In this document: piece after piece, positions 53,151 through 64,000 of the stretch
How the letters are laid out: each line of letters opens with the position of its first letter
Numbering within the stretch: position 1 is the first letter of the stretch
From: Anthoceros angustus
Lineage: Eukaryota; Plantae; Anthocerotophyta
Reading direction: 5' to 3'
Assembly: GCA_010909165.1 (NCBI GenBank)
Contig: MU008168.1
Span: 620,001-684,000, forward strand
DNA length: 64,000 bases
Position numbers and translations under genes: made by a program
The notes under the pieces: model-generated
Database searches by the model: none
Seen by the model: the letters and a program-made list of their open reading frames with translations, nothing else
Told to the model about the DNA's origin: nothing

Positions 53151-53542
53151 CTGTTGGAACTGCTGGAGATTATGAAAAAGAGATAGGAAAACCCATCTAC
53201 CCCAAGAGAAGGGGGAACAACCCTCAGGAGGGCACCATACCATGGGGGACTAACCCCCGTTGTCGTCAATCTTGTAACTGCCTACCGCGCCATGGATATG
53301 TCGTGCGAGGCACACAGCAGACGGGCATAATTGGTGATTAGTGTGGCAGCCCTCCAGGCATGAGCATCAGCTGAACAACACAGCACATACCCTAAGGAAA
53401 TTGGTAAGAAGGTTAGCAGCACGCCATGTGAACACCGGGAAAATGTGGAACTCCCATCCCCCTCGCCCCGGTGATGAGAATGGCTGGCAAAAAGAAAGGA
53501 CTCGTCCACGCCAGGTATTTGTGCCCTCAGCTAGCTGTAGGA

Positions 53543-53686
53543 ACAGCGATTGGGGCAATACCATAACTGTTTAGGTACCTCAGTCAACGGCGGATCCAAG
53601 CAAAACAAATGGAATCCGCCATTGCATCCATCACAGAGCAGCATGAGCTCTGCATCATCTACCCTGCGACACACTTGGCAGGGGTA
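53543..53686 (-). other. PHD finger at the C-terminus of the retroelement integrase
   Basis: DYPCQVCRRVDDAELMLLCDGCNGGFHLFCLDPPLTEVPKQLWYCPNRC = C4HC3 PHD pattern. Confidence 0.92.
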
Positions 53687-56600
53687 ATCCTCCGGAGGGA
53701 CCCAATTGTCTGTGACAACGTGGGGTCCAAGTTGGGAAGGTGGCAAGGAGCACAATTCTTGGTGTGATCCGTGATAGTCCTGCCATCTGCCCCCTGTAGC
53801 AATAGCACGCCGTTAGGTCTCACTTCCCTGATCCGCAGCACATGTCGACTAGTGCTAGTGTCCAGTGTATCAGTGGTCTGCCGCTGCAAATACACAAAGT
53901 CCCCAAACTGGAACTTCTTGAGCTTGGGCGTGAAACTTCCGCTCCTGGTATAGGCATACCTAAGAGTGTCCCTATGCTATGCGATGTGCAAATTTGCCAT
54001 AGCCATGGGCATGACCTGCCTAAATAGCGTAGCCCTCTCCCCAATGACTTTGGCCCATACAGCCGGACTGTCTAAGTCCACCCCTGCAGCAATTGCTTGG
54101 CGATGGAACTGGGTGGCACCGGCTCACGGCCAAAAAGTAGGAAATACGGTGAGAAGTATGCCAAAGAGGCATGCTTACTCATCCGATATCCCATCGCGAT
54201 GTACGGCAAGGCGAGATCCCGCTCGGTCTTAGGCATCTTGACATAGCTTCCTCAAACCCTTCTTGAGTGTTTGGACCATGCGCTCTGCAAGACCATCAGC
54301 CTGGGGATGGTCTCTGCTTGTCCTGCGATGATCTATCAACACTGCGTCCAACAGATCTTAGAATTCACCCCTGAATTATGAACCCTGGTCGGTTAAACAT
54401 TCTGTACAGCTGCCGAAACGGCTAAGTACATTATGCAAGAATGCTTGAGAGGTGCTCCTAGATATCTTGTTAGGCAGCGCGACAACCTCCACCCACTTAG
54501 AGAAATGCTCCATTATGACAAACACGTACAGGTTCCCACGAGTAGTGCGTGGCAGCTCCCAATCAGGTCACATGACCATCTGAAAAAGAGGCCCATGATG
54601 GGCAAAGGATGTAGCTCCGGATGCCGGATGGTGAAGGAAGTCTTCACCCTGTCGCATGGCTCGCAGCAAGCAACCCAGTCACGCACTTGACCATGCATCC
54701 CATGCCAATAAAAATGAGGGGCCAGCAGGCTGTAATTGCGCTTGACGCTGAAATGGCCCATATCATTGTGCACCCTACTGATCAGTGCACCTCTGTCAGC
54801 TGGTGGCGGCACCAAGCGCTCAATTCCATGTGCCAGCTTCCTAATAACATAACCATCTCGCCAATACTAGGTGGCGGCATGATGCTTGACCTGTTTAGCT
54901 GTGGCTAGCGGCAACGTCACATCCAGCTGTCCTGTTTGCAGATACTGTAGTGTGTAAGGATCCTCCCAAATGTCCTTAGCCAATCGGGTGGGTACAGCCG
55001 TGCTGCAACTGCCAACACACACCATAGCCAGCAAAGTAGCGACCTTGAATGGTACGTAAGGCTCATAATCCTGCCTTGCCTCGATAATGTCGTTGCAGCT
55101 GTTGTCTGGATTCCTGGACAGCGTGTCCACATTCTGATGCTTCAGACATGGTCTGTGAACCACCTAGAAATCATAGTCCTGAAGGATCATGGCCCATTGA
55201 GCCAGCTTGCCGCTGAGCTTCGTGTTGGCCATTAGCCACTTGAGGGGCTGGTGGTCTGTTACTAGTGTAAATGTCTGTCCATAGAGATAAGGTCGGAAGT
55301 GGCAAACTGCCCAAACAGCGGCGAGGCATTCACCTTCATAGCTGCTATAATTGGCCTCTGCCTTGTTGTTACTACGGGACGCATAGGCTATCACCCTCTC
55401 ATTCCCTTCTTCATCATGCTGAGCCCAAACTGCCCCGAGGCCCAAATTGCTCCAGTCCGTGTGTAGCACAAACGGCTGCTTGAAATCAGGTCTGGCCATC
55501 ACAGATGCAGCGGTCAACCTGGATTTAAGAGTGTCAAACGCCTCTTGCATAGCCTCAGTCCAAGTCCATACCACGTCGTTCCTGAGCAGGTCGTTGAGAG
55601 GCTTAGCAATGCGGCTGAAGTTCTGGATATATATTCGATAATAATTGCAAAGGCCAAGGAATGCTCGCAGGGCAGAGACGTTAGTGGGCTCCTTGACCTG
55701 CAAAATGGCCTGCTGAGTGCAGCATCATACCGTTGGGAACCACCGTGTGACCTAAATATGCAACTCTATCCATACCAAATTCGCATTTGGCTGGATGGCA
55801 CGTGAGCTGAGCCTTCCTCGGGCGCTGGAAAAGGTCCTCCAAGTGTTCCAAATGGGACTCAAAGTCCACACTGTGCACGAGGACATCATCTATATAGCAC
55901 AATAGGTTGGCTGACCTGGCCAGAACTATGTCCATAATCCTCTGGAAGGTGACTGGAGCATTCTTGAAGCCAAACGGCATCACGAGCCACTCCCAGAGCT
56001 GCTGTGATCCGTGAAAGGCTGTCTTTTTTATGTCCTCTGGTGCCACCGGCACTTGGTTGAACCCTTGCCTTAGTTCCAGTATGGAGAAGTAAACAGATCT
56101 GCCGATGTTGTCAAAGATCTCCTCCGGCGTAGGCATAGGGTACCTATCCTGGGCTGTCACGGCGTTAATAGGGCGATAATCGCCACACATTCTCTTCTCC
56201 GTCCATAAGCCCTGGCTGTCCCTCTTAGGCGGCATAACAGTCGTAGCAACATAATCAGAACTGGAAGGTCTTATCAGCCTTGCTTCGAACAATTCCTTGC
56301 ACCTGGCATCCACCATCTCCCACTCGGATTGACTCAGCCGATACCTCCTGCGATATATGGGCTCCGGGCTTGTGAGGTTGATCCTGAAGGTTGTGACATT
56401 GCAGCGTTTCAACTCCTTCATGGAGAACGCGAAGCAATCACTGTACTTGAGAATTAATGCCCGAATCTGCCTTTGCTGTTCATCAGTGAGCTGTGGTCCC
56501 ATGCGCCAGTTGAACGTTTCAACAGTGAGTGGCACCTTGGCTGATGGCTCTTGCCTCACATCCACCTTGATGGTCGATGCGGACAAAATAGAGTGGTGCC

Positions 56601-56749
56601 AAGCAGCATACTCCCCCGCCTCCCCCCTACATCGAGCGAAAGGCGAGCGATAGGTGAAAGGTAGGTGCATTGCATCTGTGGGACAGGCCATGGCTACAAG
56701 GCCTGCAAGAGTGCCTCTGGTTAGTAGCTGGAAAGCCAAGCATAAGCTC

Positions 56750-57700
56750 ACAAGCCAAGTGACGGCGTGCAAGTCCATAGCTCGACCGATAGCGGCACAG
56801 CGTTGAGAGACTGTAACCTTTGGTGTTGCCGTGGCATGTGCTGGAAAGCCCATGATCTGCTCACGCTCCTCAATGCGGGGCTCTTCCCTTGCTTTGTGCC
56901 GGTGTTGTACAGCAATCCACCGCCATTGCCACGAGAGGCAAAGGAGCCAGGAAAGCTCACCAAGGTAGGCAATGTTTTGCGAGGCTGACCAGGTGTGTTG
57001 GTTGGATGCCTGGGCGGTCGCTCACTAGCGAGCATAGGCCTGGGTTCATGATCTGCATCCAACACATCCTGTAGCTGCAGGGTGGGATCCCGCTTCGTGT
57101 TGCGGAGCGCAAGTGCCAAGATTGAACCAAGGATGAGGTTGGTCCAATAGTTGCACAGACGGTGCGCATAACTGCTCACCTCGACAGCATCCAAAAGAAA
57201 GGGAGCACCAAGATGGTGCTCCATGACTGCCATGTCCTACCGCACGGAGTCTCTCTTGTCAAGCTGTGCTCGGGTGTTCTCGAGAAGATAACCACACTGT
57301 GGATTTTCCTGTTGCACCCATGCCAAGATCTAGTGCAGGTCTTGAAACAACCCAGTGCGATGTCCTCCAACCCCACTCCTGCGCCTGCTTGGGAGAAACC
57401 ACAGCATTCCCTGACTATTAGCACGTCTATGGATCCAGGGCCTGGATGTGGCCTTGTTGGATGTACATGATGTCTTGAGGCGATCTTTGAGAATGTGGCG
57501 CCAAAGGCGCCTCCCCGGTAATGTGGGGAACTGCGCAGGCTCACATGGCGATGAGCGCTATAAATGCTTCCTCACTGCTGTCGCAATATACATAACGCCT
57601 GATAAGGAGGCCTGCTTTAAGCAAAGCCTCCGGAGGCGATAAATGCCAAAGCGACTCCACGAGAAAAAGGCCAGCGGCTGGGATGGGCCAATCAATCACC
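56750..57700 (-). pseudogene. C5 cytosine DNA methyltransferase domain of the retroelement polyprotein, copy 1 (frameshifted)
   Basis: Motif I remnant FLVE..FGI..EALLKAGLLIRRYVYCD, IV IDVLI..EC.GFSQAG, VI YLLEN, VIII SYAHRLCNYWTNL, IX EREQIMGFP, X AIGRAMD; IX-X lie in the same ORF (55681-56853) as RT. Confidence 0.88.
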
Positions 57701-58879
57701 TGAGACTTGACAACATGCTCTTGCATGGAGTCCTTGAGTCCTATTTATGGCAGCTTTTCTGGACATGCTCATGAGCATCCTGCAGACACCCTAAACACAT
57801 GGGATGGTCACCGCCTTGATCGGATCATCAATGCATGTAGGCGTGGTCTTCTGGAGTAGGCATCACGACTCTCCTCCTCTTGCTCTGATTCCAGGTGGTC
57901 CTCATCTTGCAAATGGTAGGCGTGATTTCCCTCAACGCCCGGGACACCGCTGAGCTTGTCGCTCCATAAGTGTAGCTGTGTCGGCCTCTGACATGTCATG
58001 CAAGCGAAGGGGTAAGTGTGCCACCCTTCTCCCTCCTTGCTTCCAATCTGGACGATAATACGCCTGCTCTGTCCAGTTGTCCACACTCAGACTTGGTGGA
58101 AACAGGAATTCTTGCCCCAACAGCACGTCATAATTCGTGGCTGTTGTCACTAGGCATGGAAGACTCAGCGTCATGGCATCTAGAGTGCCCGGCTTGAGCG
58201 TGATGTCCATAGGCTGGACAGTCGCTTCGGAGACTGGCTCAATGGCTCCTGACACTGTCCTTATGCTCCAAGGAGAGCTCTTGAATGCTCCTGCCCTCGT
58301 ACTGGGGTCGCACTTCCTGGCGGCAGTGGTGTAAACGATTGGGGCATGACCGCCCTCGCACCTCGCTGTCGAGTGACTGGCCTTGCTCTTGTCTCCACAA
58401 TGTGAGATGCTACACCACCACCCATCTTGAGCTAGTGGCCGGCATGGCCGGTCCACGAAGACAATAAAGTTGCTTGCGCTTGTTGCAATTCCTTCAGGCG
58501 GGGCTCGGGTCCTAGCCCACGTCTTGCAAAAGAAAATAAGAGGAATGCCAATCGGTTTCTCGAGATAGCTGTTCCCGTAGTGAAGGCCTTGGGCATCAAG
58601 TAGGTGGCCCATCGCTGCCACCTGCGGTCGCAATGGAGGCCTCGCACCCAGCCTCACCGCCAAGGTGGAATGCTCTTGCCTCACATCCACCTTGATGGTC
58701 GATGCGGACAAAATAGAGTGGTGCCAAGCAGCATACTCCCCCGCCTCCCCCCTACATCGAGCCTGAAAGGCAGGCAAGGATAGCCAGGAAAAGGTAGGTG
58801 CATTGCATCTGTGGGACAGGCCATGGCTACAAGGCCTGCAAGAGTGCCTCTGGTTAGTAGCTGGAAAGCCAAGCATAAG

Positions 58880-59790
58880 CTCACAAGCCAAGTGACGGCG
58901 TGCAAGTCCATAGCTCGGCCGATAGCGGCACGTTGAGAGATCGTAACCTTTGGTGTTGCCGTGGCATGTCTTTGGAAAGCCCATGATGCGCTCACGCTCC
59001 TCAATGCGGGCTCTTCCCTTGCTTTGTGCCGGTGTTGTCTGACAATCCACCGCCATTGCCACGAGGCAAAGGAGCCGGAAAGCTCACCAAGGTAGGCAAT
59101 GTTTTGCGAGGCGACGGTGTGTTGGTTGGATGCAGGCGGTCGCTCACTAGCGAGCATAGGCTGGGTTCATGATCGCATCCAACACATCCATGGCTGCGGT
59201 GGGATCCGCCGTGTTGGGCGCAAGTGCCAAGATTGAACCAAGGATGAGGTTGGTCCAATAGTTGCACTTGTGAGCGTGCGCATAGCGCTCACCTCGGCGC
59301 ATCAAAAGAAAGGGAGCAGCAAGATGGTGCTCCATGACTGCCATGTCCTGCCGCACGGAGTCTCTCTTGTCAAGCTGCGCTGGGGTGTTCTCGAGAAGAT
59401 AACCACACTGTGGATTTTCCTGTTGCACCCATGCCAAGATCTAGTGCAGGTCTTGAAACAACCCAGTGCGATGTCCTCCAACCCCACTCCTGCGCCTGCT
59501 TGGGAGAAACCCTGGCATTCCCAGCCCGCTATTAGCACGTCTATGGATCCCAGGGCCTGGATGTGGCCTTGTTGGATGTACATGATGTCTTGAGGATCTT
59601 TGAGAATGTGGCGTAAAAGCCTCCGGTAGCTTGTGGGGAACTTCTGGCTCACATGTGATGGCATCACCCGTGCTTAGCATCGCGATAATCGCTGATAAGG
59701 AGGCTGCTTTAAGCAAAGCCTCCGGAGGCGATAAATGCCAAAGCGACTCCACGAGAAAAAGGCCCGGTGGGATGGGCCAATCAATCACAC
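58880..59790 (-). pseudogene. C5 DNA methyltransferase domain, duplicate copy 2
   Basis: GSIDVLIAGWECQGFSQAGAGVGLED, CGYLLENTP, CNYWTNL, IEERERIMGFP, AIGRAMD. Confidence 0.85.
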
Positions 59791-62779
59791 GAGACTTGAC
59801 AACATGCTCTTGCATGGAGTCCTTCACAGCCTCGGCCTGTGAGCTTACTGCTTGGACATGCTCATGAGCATCCTGCAGACACCCTAAACACCATGGGATG
59901 GTCACCGCCTTGATCGGATCATCAATACTGCATGTAGGCGTGGTCTTCTGGAGTAGCTGTCACAGCTCTCCTCCTCTTGCTCTGATTCCGTGGTCCTCAT
60001 CTTGCAAATGGTTCTTGCGGTGAGTGTTACTGTGACCGCTATCTGAAACTTGTCGCTCCATAAGTGTAGCTGTGTCGGCCTCTGACATGTCATGCAAGCG
60101 AAGGGGTAAGTGTGCCACCCTTCTCCCTCCTTGCTTCCAATCTGGACGATAATACGCTGCCTCCGATTGTCCACACTCGGACTTGGTGGAAGCAGATTCT
60201 TGCTAACGGCCGCGTCATAATTCGTGGTTGTCACTAGGCATGGAAGACTTCATGGCATCTAGAGTGCCCGGCTTGAGCGTGATGTCCATAGGGTACAGGT
60301 CGCTTAGGGGCTCAATGGCTCTGACCACTCCTTATGCTCCAAGGAGAGCTCTTGAATGCTCTGCCTCGTCTTGGTCGCACTTCACGGCGGTGGTGTAACG
60401 ACAGTATGGGGCATGGCCGCCTCGCACCTCATTGTCAGTGAGTGGTGCCTTGCTCTTGTCTCCACAATGTGAGATGCTACACCACCACCCATCTTGAGCT
60501 AGTGGCCGGCATGGCCGGTCCACGAAGACAATAAAGTTGCTTGCGCTTGTTGCAATTCCTTCAGGCGGGGCTCGGGTCCTAGCCCACGTCTTGCAAAAGA
60601 AAATAAGAGGAATGCCAATCGGTTTCTCGAGATAGCTGTTCCCGTAGTGAAGGCCTTGGGCATCAAGTAGGTGGCCCATCGCTGCCACCTGCGGTCGCAA
60701 TGGAGGCCTCGCACCCAGCCTCACCGCCAAGGTGGAATGCTCTTGCATGGAGTCCTTCCCAGCCTCGGCCGCAGAGCACACTGCTTGGACATGCTCATGA
60801 GCATCCTGCAGACACCCTAAACACAACCCATGGGATGGTCGGTGCCTTGATCGGATCATCAATGCATGTAGGCGTGGTCTTCTGGAGTAGGCCCTGAGCT
60901 CTCCTCCTCTTGCTCGATTCCGTGGTCCTCATCTTGCAAATGGTTCTTGTGTTAGTGTGTTCGACAGGACCGCTTATCTGAGCTTGCCGCCCATAAGTGT
61001 AGGCGGCCCCGACATGTCATGGCGAAGGGTAAGTGTGCCACCCTTCTCCTCCTTGCTTCAACTGGACGATAATACGCTGCTACATCCGATTGTCCACTCG
61101 AGACTTGGTGGAAGCGAAATTCTTGCCCCAACGACGTCATAATTCGTGGTCATGTTGTCACTAGGCATGGAAGACTCCGGCGCATCTAGAGTGCCCGGCT
61201 TGAGCGTGATGTCCATAGGGTCGATCGCTTGGAGGCCCAGCTCAATGGCTCGACATCCTTATGCTCCAAGGAGAGCTCTTGAATGCTCTGCCTCGTCACA
61301 GGTCGCACTTCACGGCGGTGGTGTAACGATTGGGGCATGACCGCCCTCGCACCTCGCTGTCGAGTGACTGGCCTTGCTCTTGTCTCCATCACTGGTGGGT
61401 ATAAATGTTGCCCTACCCACGTTTGTGGCAACTCAGCAGTTGCCGTCTCAACCTCCATCCAGTTGGCAACACACACCTGATGTGGCGAGTCGTAATCCTC
61501 CTCCTCGTCTCTGACCAATTTAGCAACACTGGCTGGCTTGGGTGAGGTTGCTCCACTACCGAGATTGACTGTAAGCGCGCCCAGCTGTGAAGATAATCAG
61601 TGGCTTCTAGGGCAGACACCTTCTCTGCATTGGATGCAACCTTAGCTTTGGCCTTGTCCCTTTGCTGCTGGCTGCGTAAGACCCTGCACGGCCGAGGTAG
61701 TTGTGCCTCCGGCGCCAGTCTTTGCGGCCACATCCCACTTGCATTTTTGAGATCTTCTCTCCGGATGCTTCTGAAAACATACACATTGTCCACTCTTGCG
61801 ACAGTGTGTACAGTACAAGCCTTCCTGTGGGCATTTGCAGCTGGACTCATATGCTCGGAGCTGCCACAATAGTTGCACAAAACAGCGGTGGGCTGCTCCA
61901 ACCTTGAGCGAGGCTTGGCCTCGATGATTTAGCCCTAAACTGTTGCGAGACCCCTTTGTGGAGAACATAGACTGGTAATGAGTGAACGCCTTGGAGTGCC
62001 GTGAAGCATATGCAGAGAAAGCGATTTCCCTACATTCAGCTTCCTCATGTACTTGCTCCAGTGTGTACCTATCACCATACTTATCCACCAGCGCTTTGAT
62101 TAGCTGAAAGTGAAAGAGTGGGTCTCCTTCCAAGGCTGTTAGGAATTTCTCTGCCTCGTGGTCCGTTAGCATCCCTGTGCCCTCACATAGCTTCTGCAAT
62201 CTACGGAATGCCATCTGCACGGTTTCTCCCTTCTTCCTAGCGAAGGATGCCAGCTCCGCAATTTTCTCCGGGGTCTTCAATGGAAAAGCTTTCTCCAAAA
62301 TGCCCATGAATTCTTCCACGAGGTTGGCATACTTGGAAACATGCAACTCATCGGGTATGCCCAGTGGCTGCTATCCTTTCATCGGTGTGAGAGTCACAGC
62401 TGTTGGAGGTGGCACTGTTGGTGCCACAGTGTTTACAACAATGGCCTGCTGATGGGCCTGAATGGCTGCAGCTTGGCGTTGTAAGCCAACTGAAGAGCCT
62501 CCTGGAACCTTGGATTAGGCATGGACACCGTGGCTGTGAGCTCAGCCTGATGCAGCTCATAAAGGTCCAGAGCTTCATTTGTCAGATAACTTGAAAGCTG
62601 CTCGAACATGTACAAATGATTGTATGCTCTAGCATGCTTGAATTTTACCCGACTGATGACAGCATTGAGGTGCAATTTGAAATCCCGCAAAGTCTATGTC
62701 CCTGGTCTCCCGGAGAATCTCTCCTGCTTGTAGGTGCTCCTCCCTCCATGGATCCAGTATCCGAATCCTCAGAGAGGTC

Positions 62780-64000
62780 TGCTCGACCTTGAGACCCTAA
62801 CCTCGCAGTTGTGACTACATAACAATTGAAACCAGCTCCTTGGCTTCCTAGAGGAACTGTGGGGGTAGTTGTGGCTATTCAGTCCACAAACGGAGACCAA
62901 CTCTCAATCTCTGGCTGCTGCTGGTCTTCAGCACTTAGCCTAGCTTGATGGTCCTCTTGGACCTCTTCCTCCGAAGGCAAACGCCGCTGACGTGCAGCTC
63001 CCCTCCTCCACGCTCGTCCACACTCCGGTGTAACCCTAGCAAGGATGTTCCTCGATCGTAGACGATACCATGGGCTGCCTTCAGGCTCCTCGGGTTGCAT
63101 AACCCATGCAGCAACTCACACACAAACGACCGATTTTAAGCAAGAGGTGGCATGCAAGCACACCTGTTAGAGAACCCTAGATGCCTCCCCAGCACAAAAT
63201 GGAAAGTACAACTGCTTTGATCATGCTGCAGCACCTACAGTCCCCTATGTCTGCCCTAGGATTGAGAAACACAGCATAGCAAAACTCCAGCTCACATGCA
63301 AGATTGCGGCTGCGGCCCGCTCACTCGCGATGCAGTTGAAAATCAAAGCAAATGCAAGAGCAAAACCGCTGTCCGAAACTTTCAAACGCAATCAGTCCTT
63401 GGAAAGGGATCCAAATTGGACACAAAGACTTGCCTTGTCAAGGCGAGCAATTTAGTATAAGAATCAATGGCAATGACTGACCACGCTGGCGCTATGAGCC
63501 ACGGAAGGTTGGAAACCCCAAACTTGTTGGGTCGGCGTTCTTGTGGTGAGAGAGGTCCTCGACCTTGAGACCCTAACCTCGCGGTTGTGACTACATAACA
63601 ATTGAAACCAGCTCCTTGGCTTCCTAGAGGAACAGGGGTAGTTGTGGCTGTCCAGTCCACAAACGGAGACCAACTCTCAATCTCACAGGCTGCTGGTCTT
63701 GACACTTAGCCTAGCTTGATGGTCCTCTTGGACCTCTTCCTCCCAAGGCAAGCGCCCGGCGAGCTCCTCCACCTCCACGCTCGTCCACACTCGGTGTAAC
63801 CCTAGCAAGGATGTTCCTCGATCGTAGACGATACCATGGTCGCCTTGGGCTCCTCGGGTTGCATAACCCATGCGAACTCACACACAACGACTGATTTTAA
63901 GCAGGTGGCATGCAAGCACATTAGAGAACCCTAGATGCCTCCCGGCCAAAATGGAAAGTACAAGCTTTGATCATCATGCGGCACCAGTCCCCTATATGCC
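62780..64000. repeat. Duplicated 5' gag/leader segment (62780-63250 ~ 63555-64000)
   Basis: CTCGACCTTGAGACCCTAACCTCGC..GTCCCCTAT occurs twice with many small indels. Confidence 0.85.

Larger units (their letters stand above)
53170..64000 (-). mobile_element. Ty3/Gypsy-type retroelement: gag(Zn)-protease-C5 DNA methyltransferase-RT-RNase H-integrase-PHD; degenerate, internally duplicated, 5' end beyond window
   Basis: Gag ~62750-61640 (CNYCGSSEH, CTHCRKSG); protease C-half (NYDVLLG) ~58250-58030; DNMT ~57700-56750; RT (RMCGDYRPIN, MPFG, YIDD) ~56350-55720; RNase H (HTDWS, EGECLA, TDHQPL) 55480-55164; integrase HHCC (HNDMGH..CEPC) and core 54815-53950; PHD 53686-53543. RT-RH-IN order is Ty3/Gypsy. 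Confidence 0.93.

Noticed and set aside
62780-64000. Direct repeat interpreted as an LTR pair
   Set aside because: It covers gag-start coding sequence, lacks TG..CA ends and has no counterpart at the element's 3' end; it looks like another local duplication.

Overview
Eukaryotic nuclear DNA from a land plant with a compact genome (short GT-AG introns, GC-rich exons; bryophyte/hornwort-like by inference, not provable from this window). Host genes in order: RING-H2/ATL ligase (-), LRR-III atypical receptor kinase (+), F-box/LRR protein (-), a second ATL (+), a disrupted LRR-XI-type receptor kinase (+), a homeodomain-SAWADEE (SHH2-like) gene (-), a helical (MIF4G-like)+WD40 gene (-), RabH1/Rab6 (-), an hnRNP F/H-like qRRM protein (-) and plastid IspE/CMK (+). 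Blocks at 22.9-35.7 kb, 48.6-52.5 kb and 56.5-64 kb are repeated as near-identical, indel-rich copies joined at microhomologies, probably long-read assembly artefacts. Mobile DNA: a decayed CRE-clade (RT + restriction-like endonuclease) LINE at 39.2-42.3 kb, a tRNA-headed SINE, LTR remnants and, as the main find, a Ty3/Gypsy-type retroelement (53.2 kb to the window end, - strand) whose polyprotein carries a C5 cytosine DNA methyltransferase between protease and RT and a PHD finger after the integrase. No 3' LTR is visible; the element instead ends in the same ~55-nt double stem-loop 3' motif, followed by the same RTCTYC sequence, as the CRE LINE, a truncated CRE copy and the SINE in this window.
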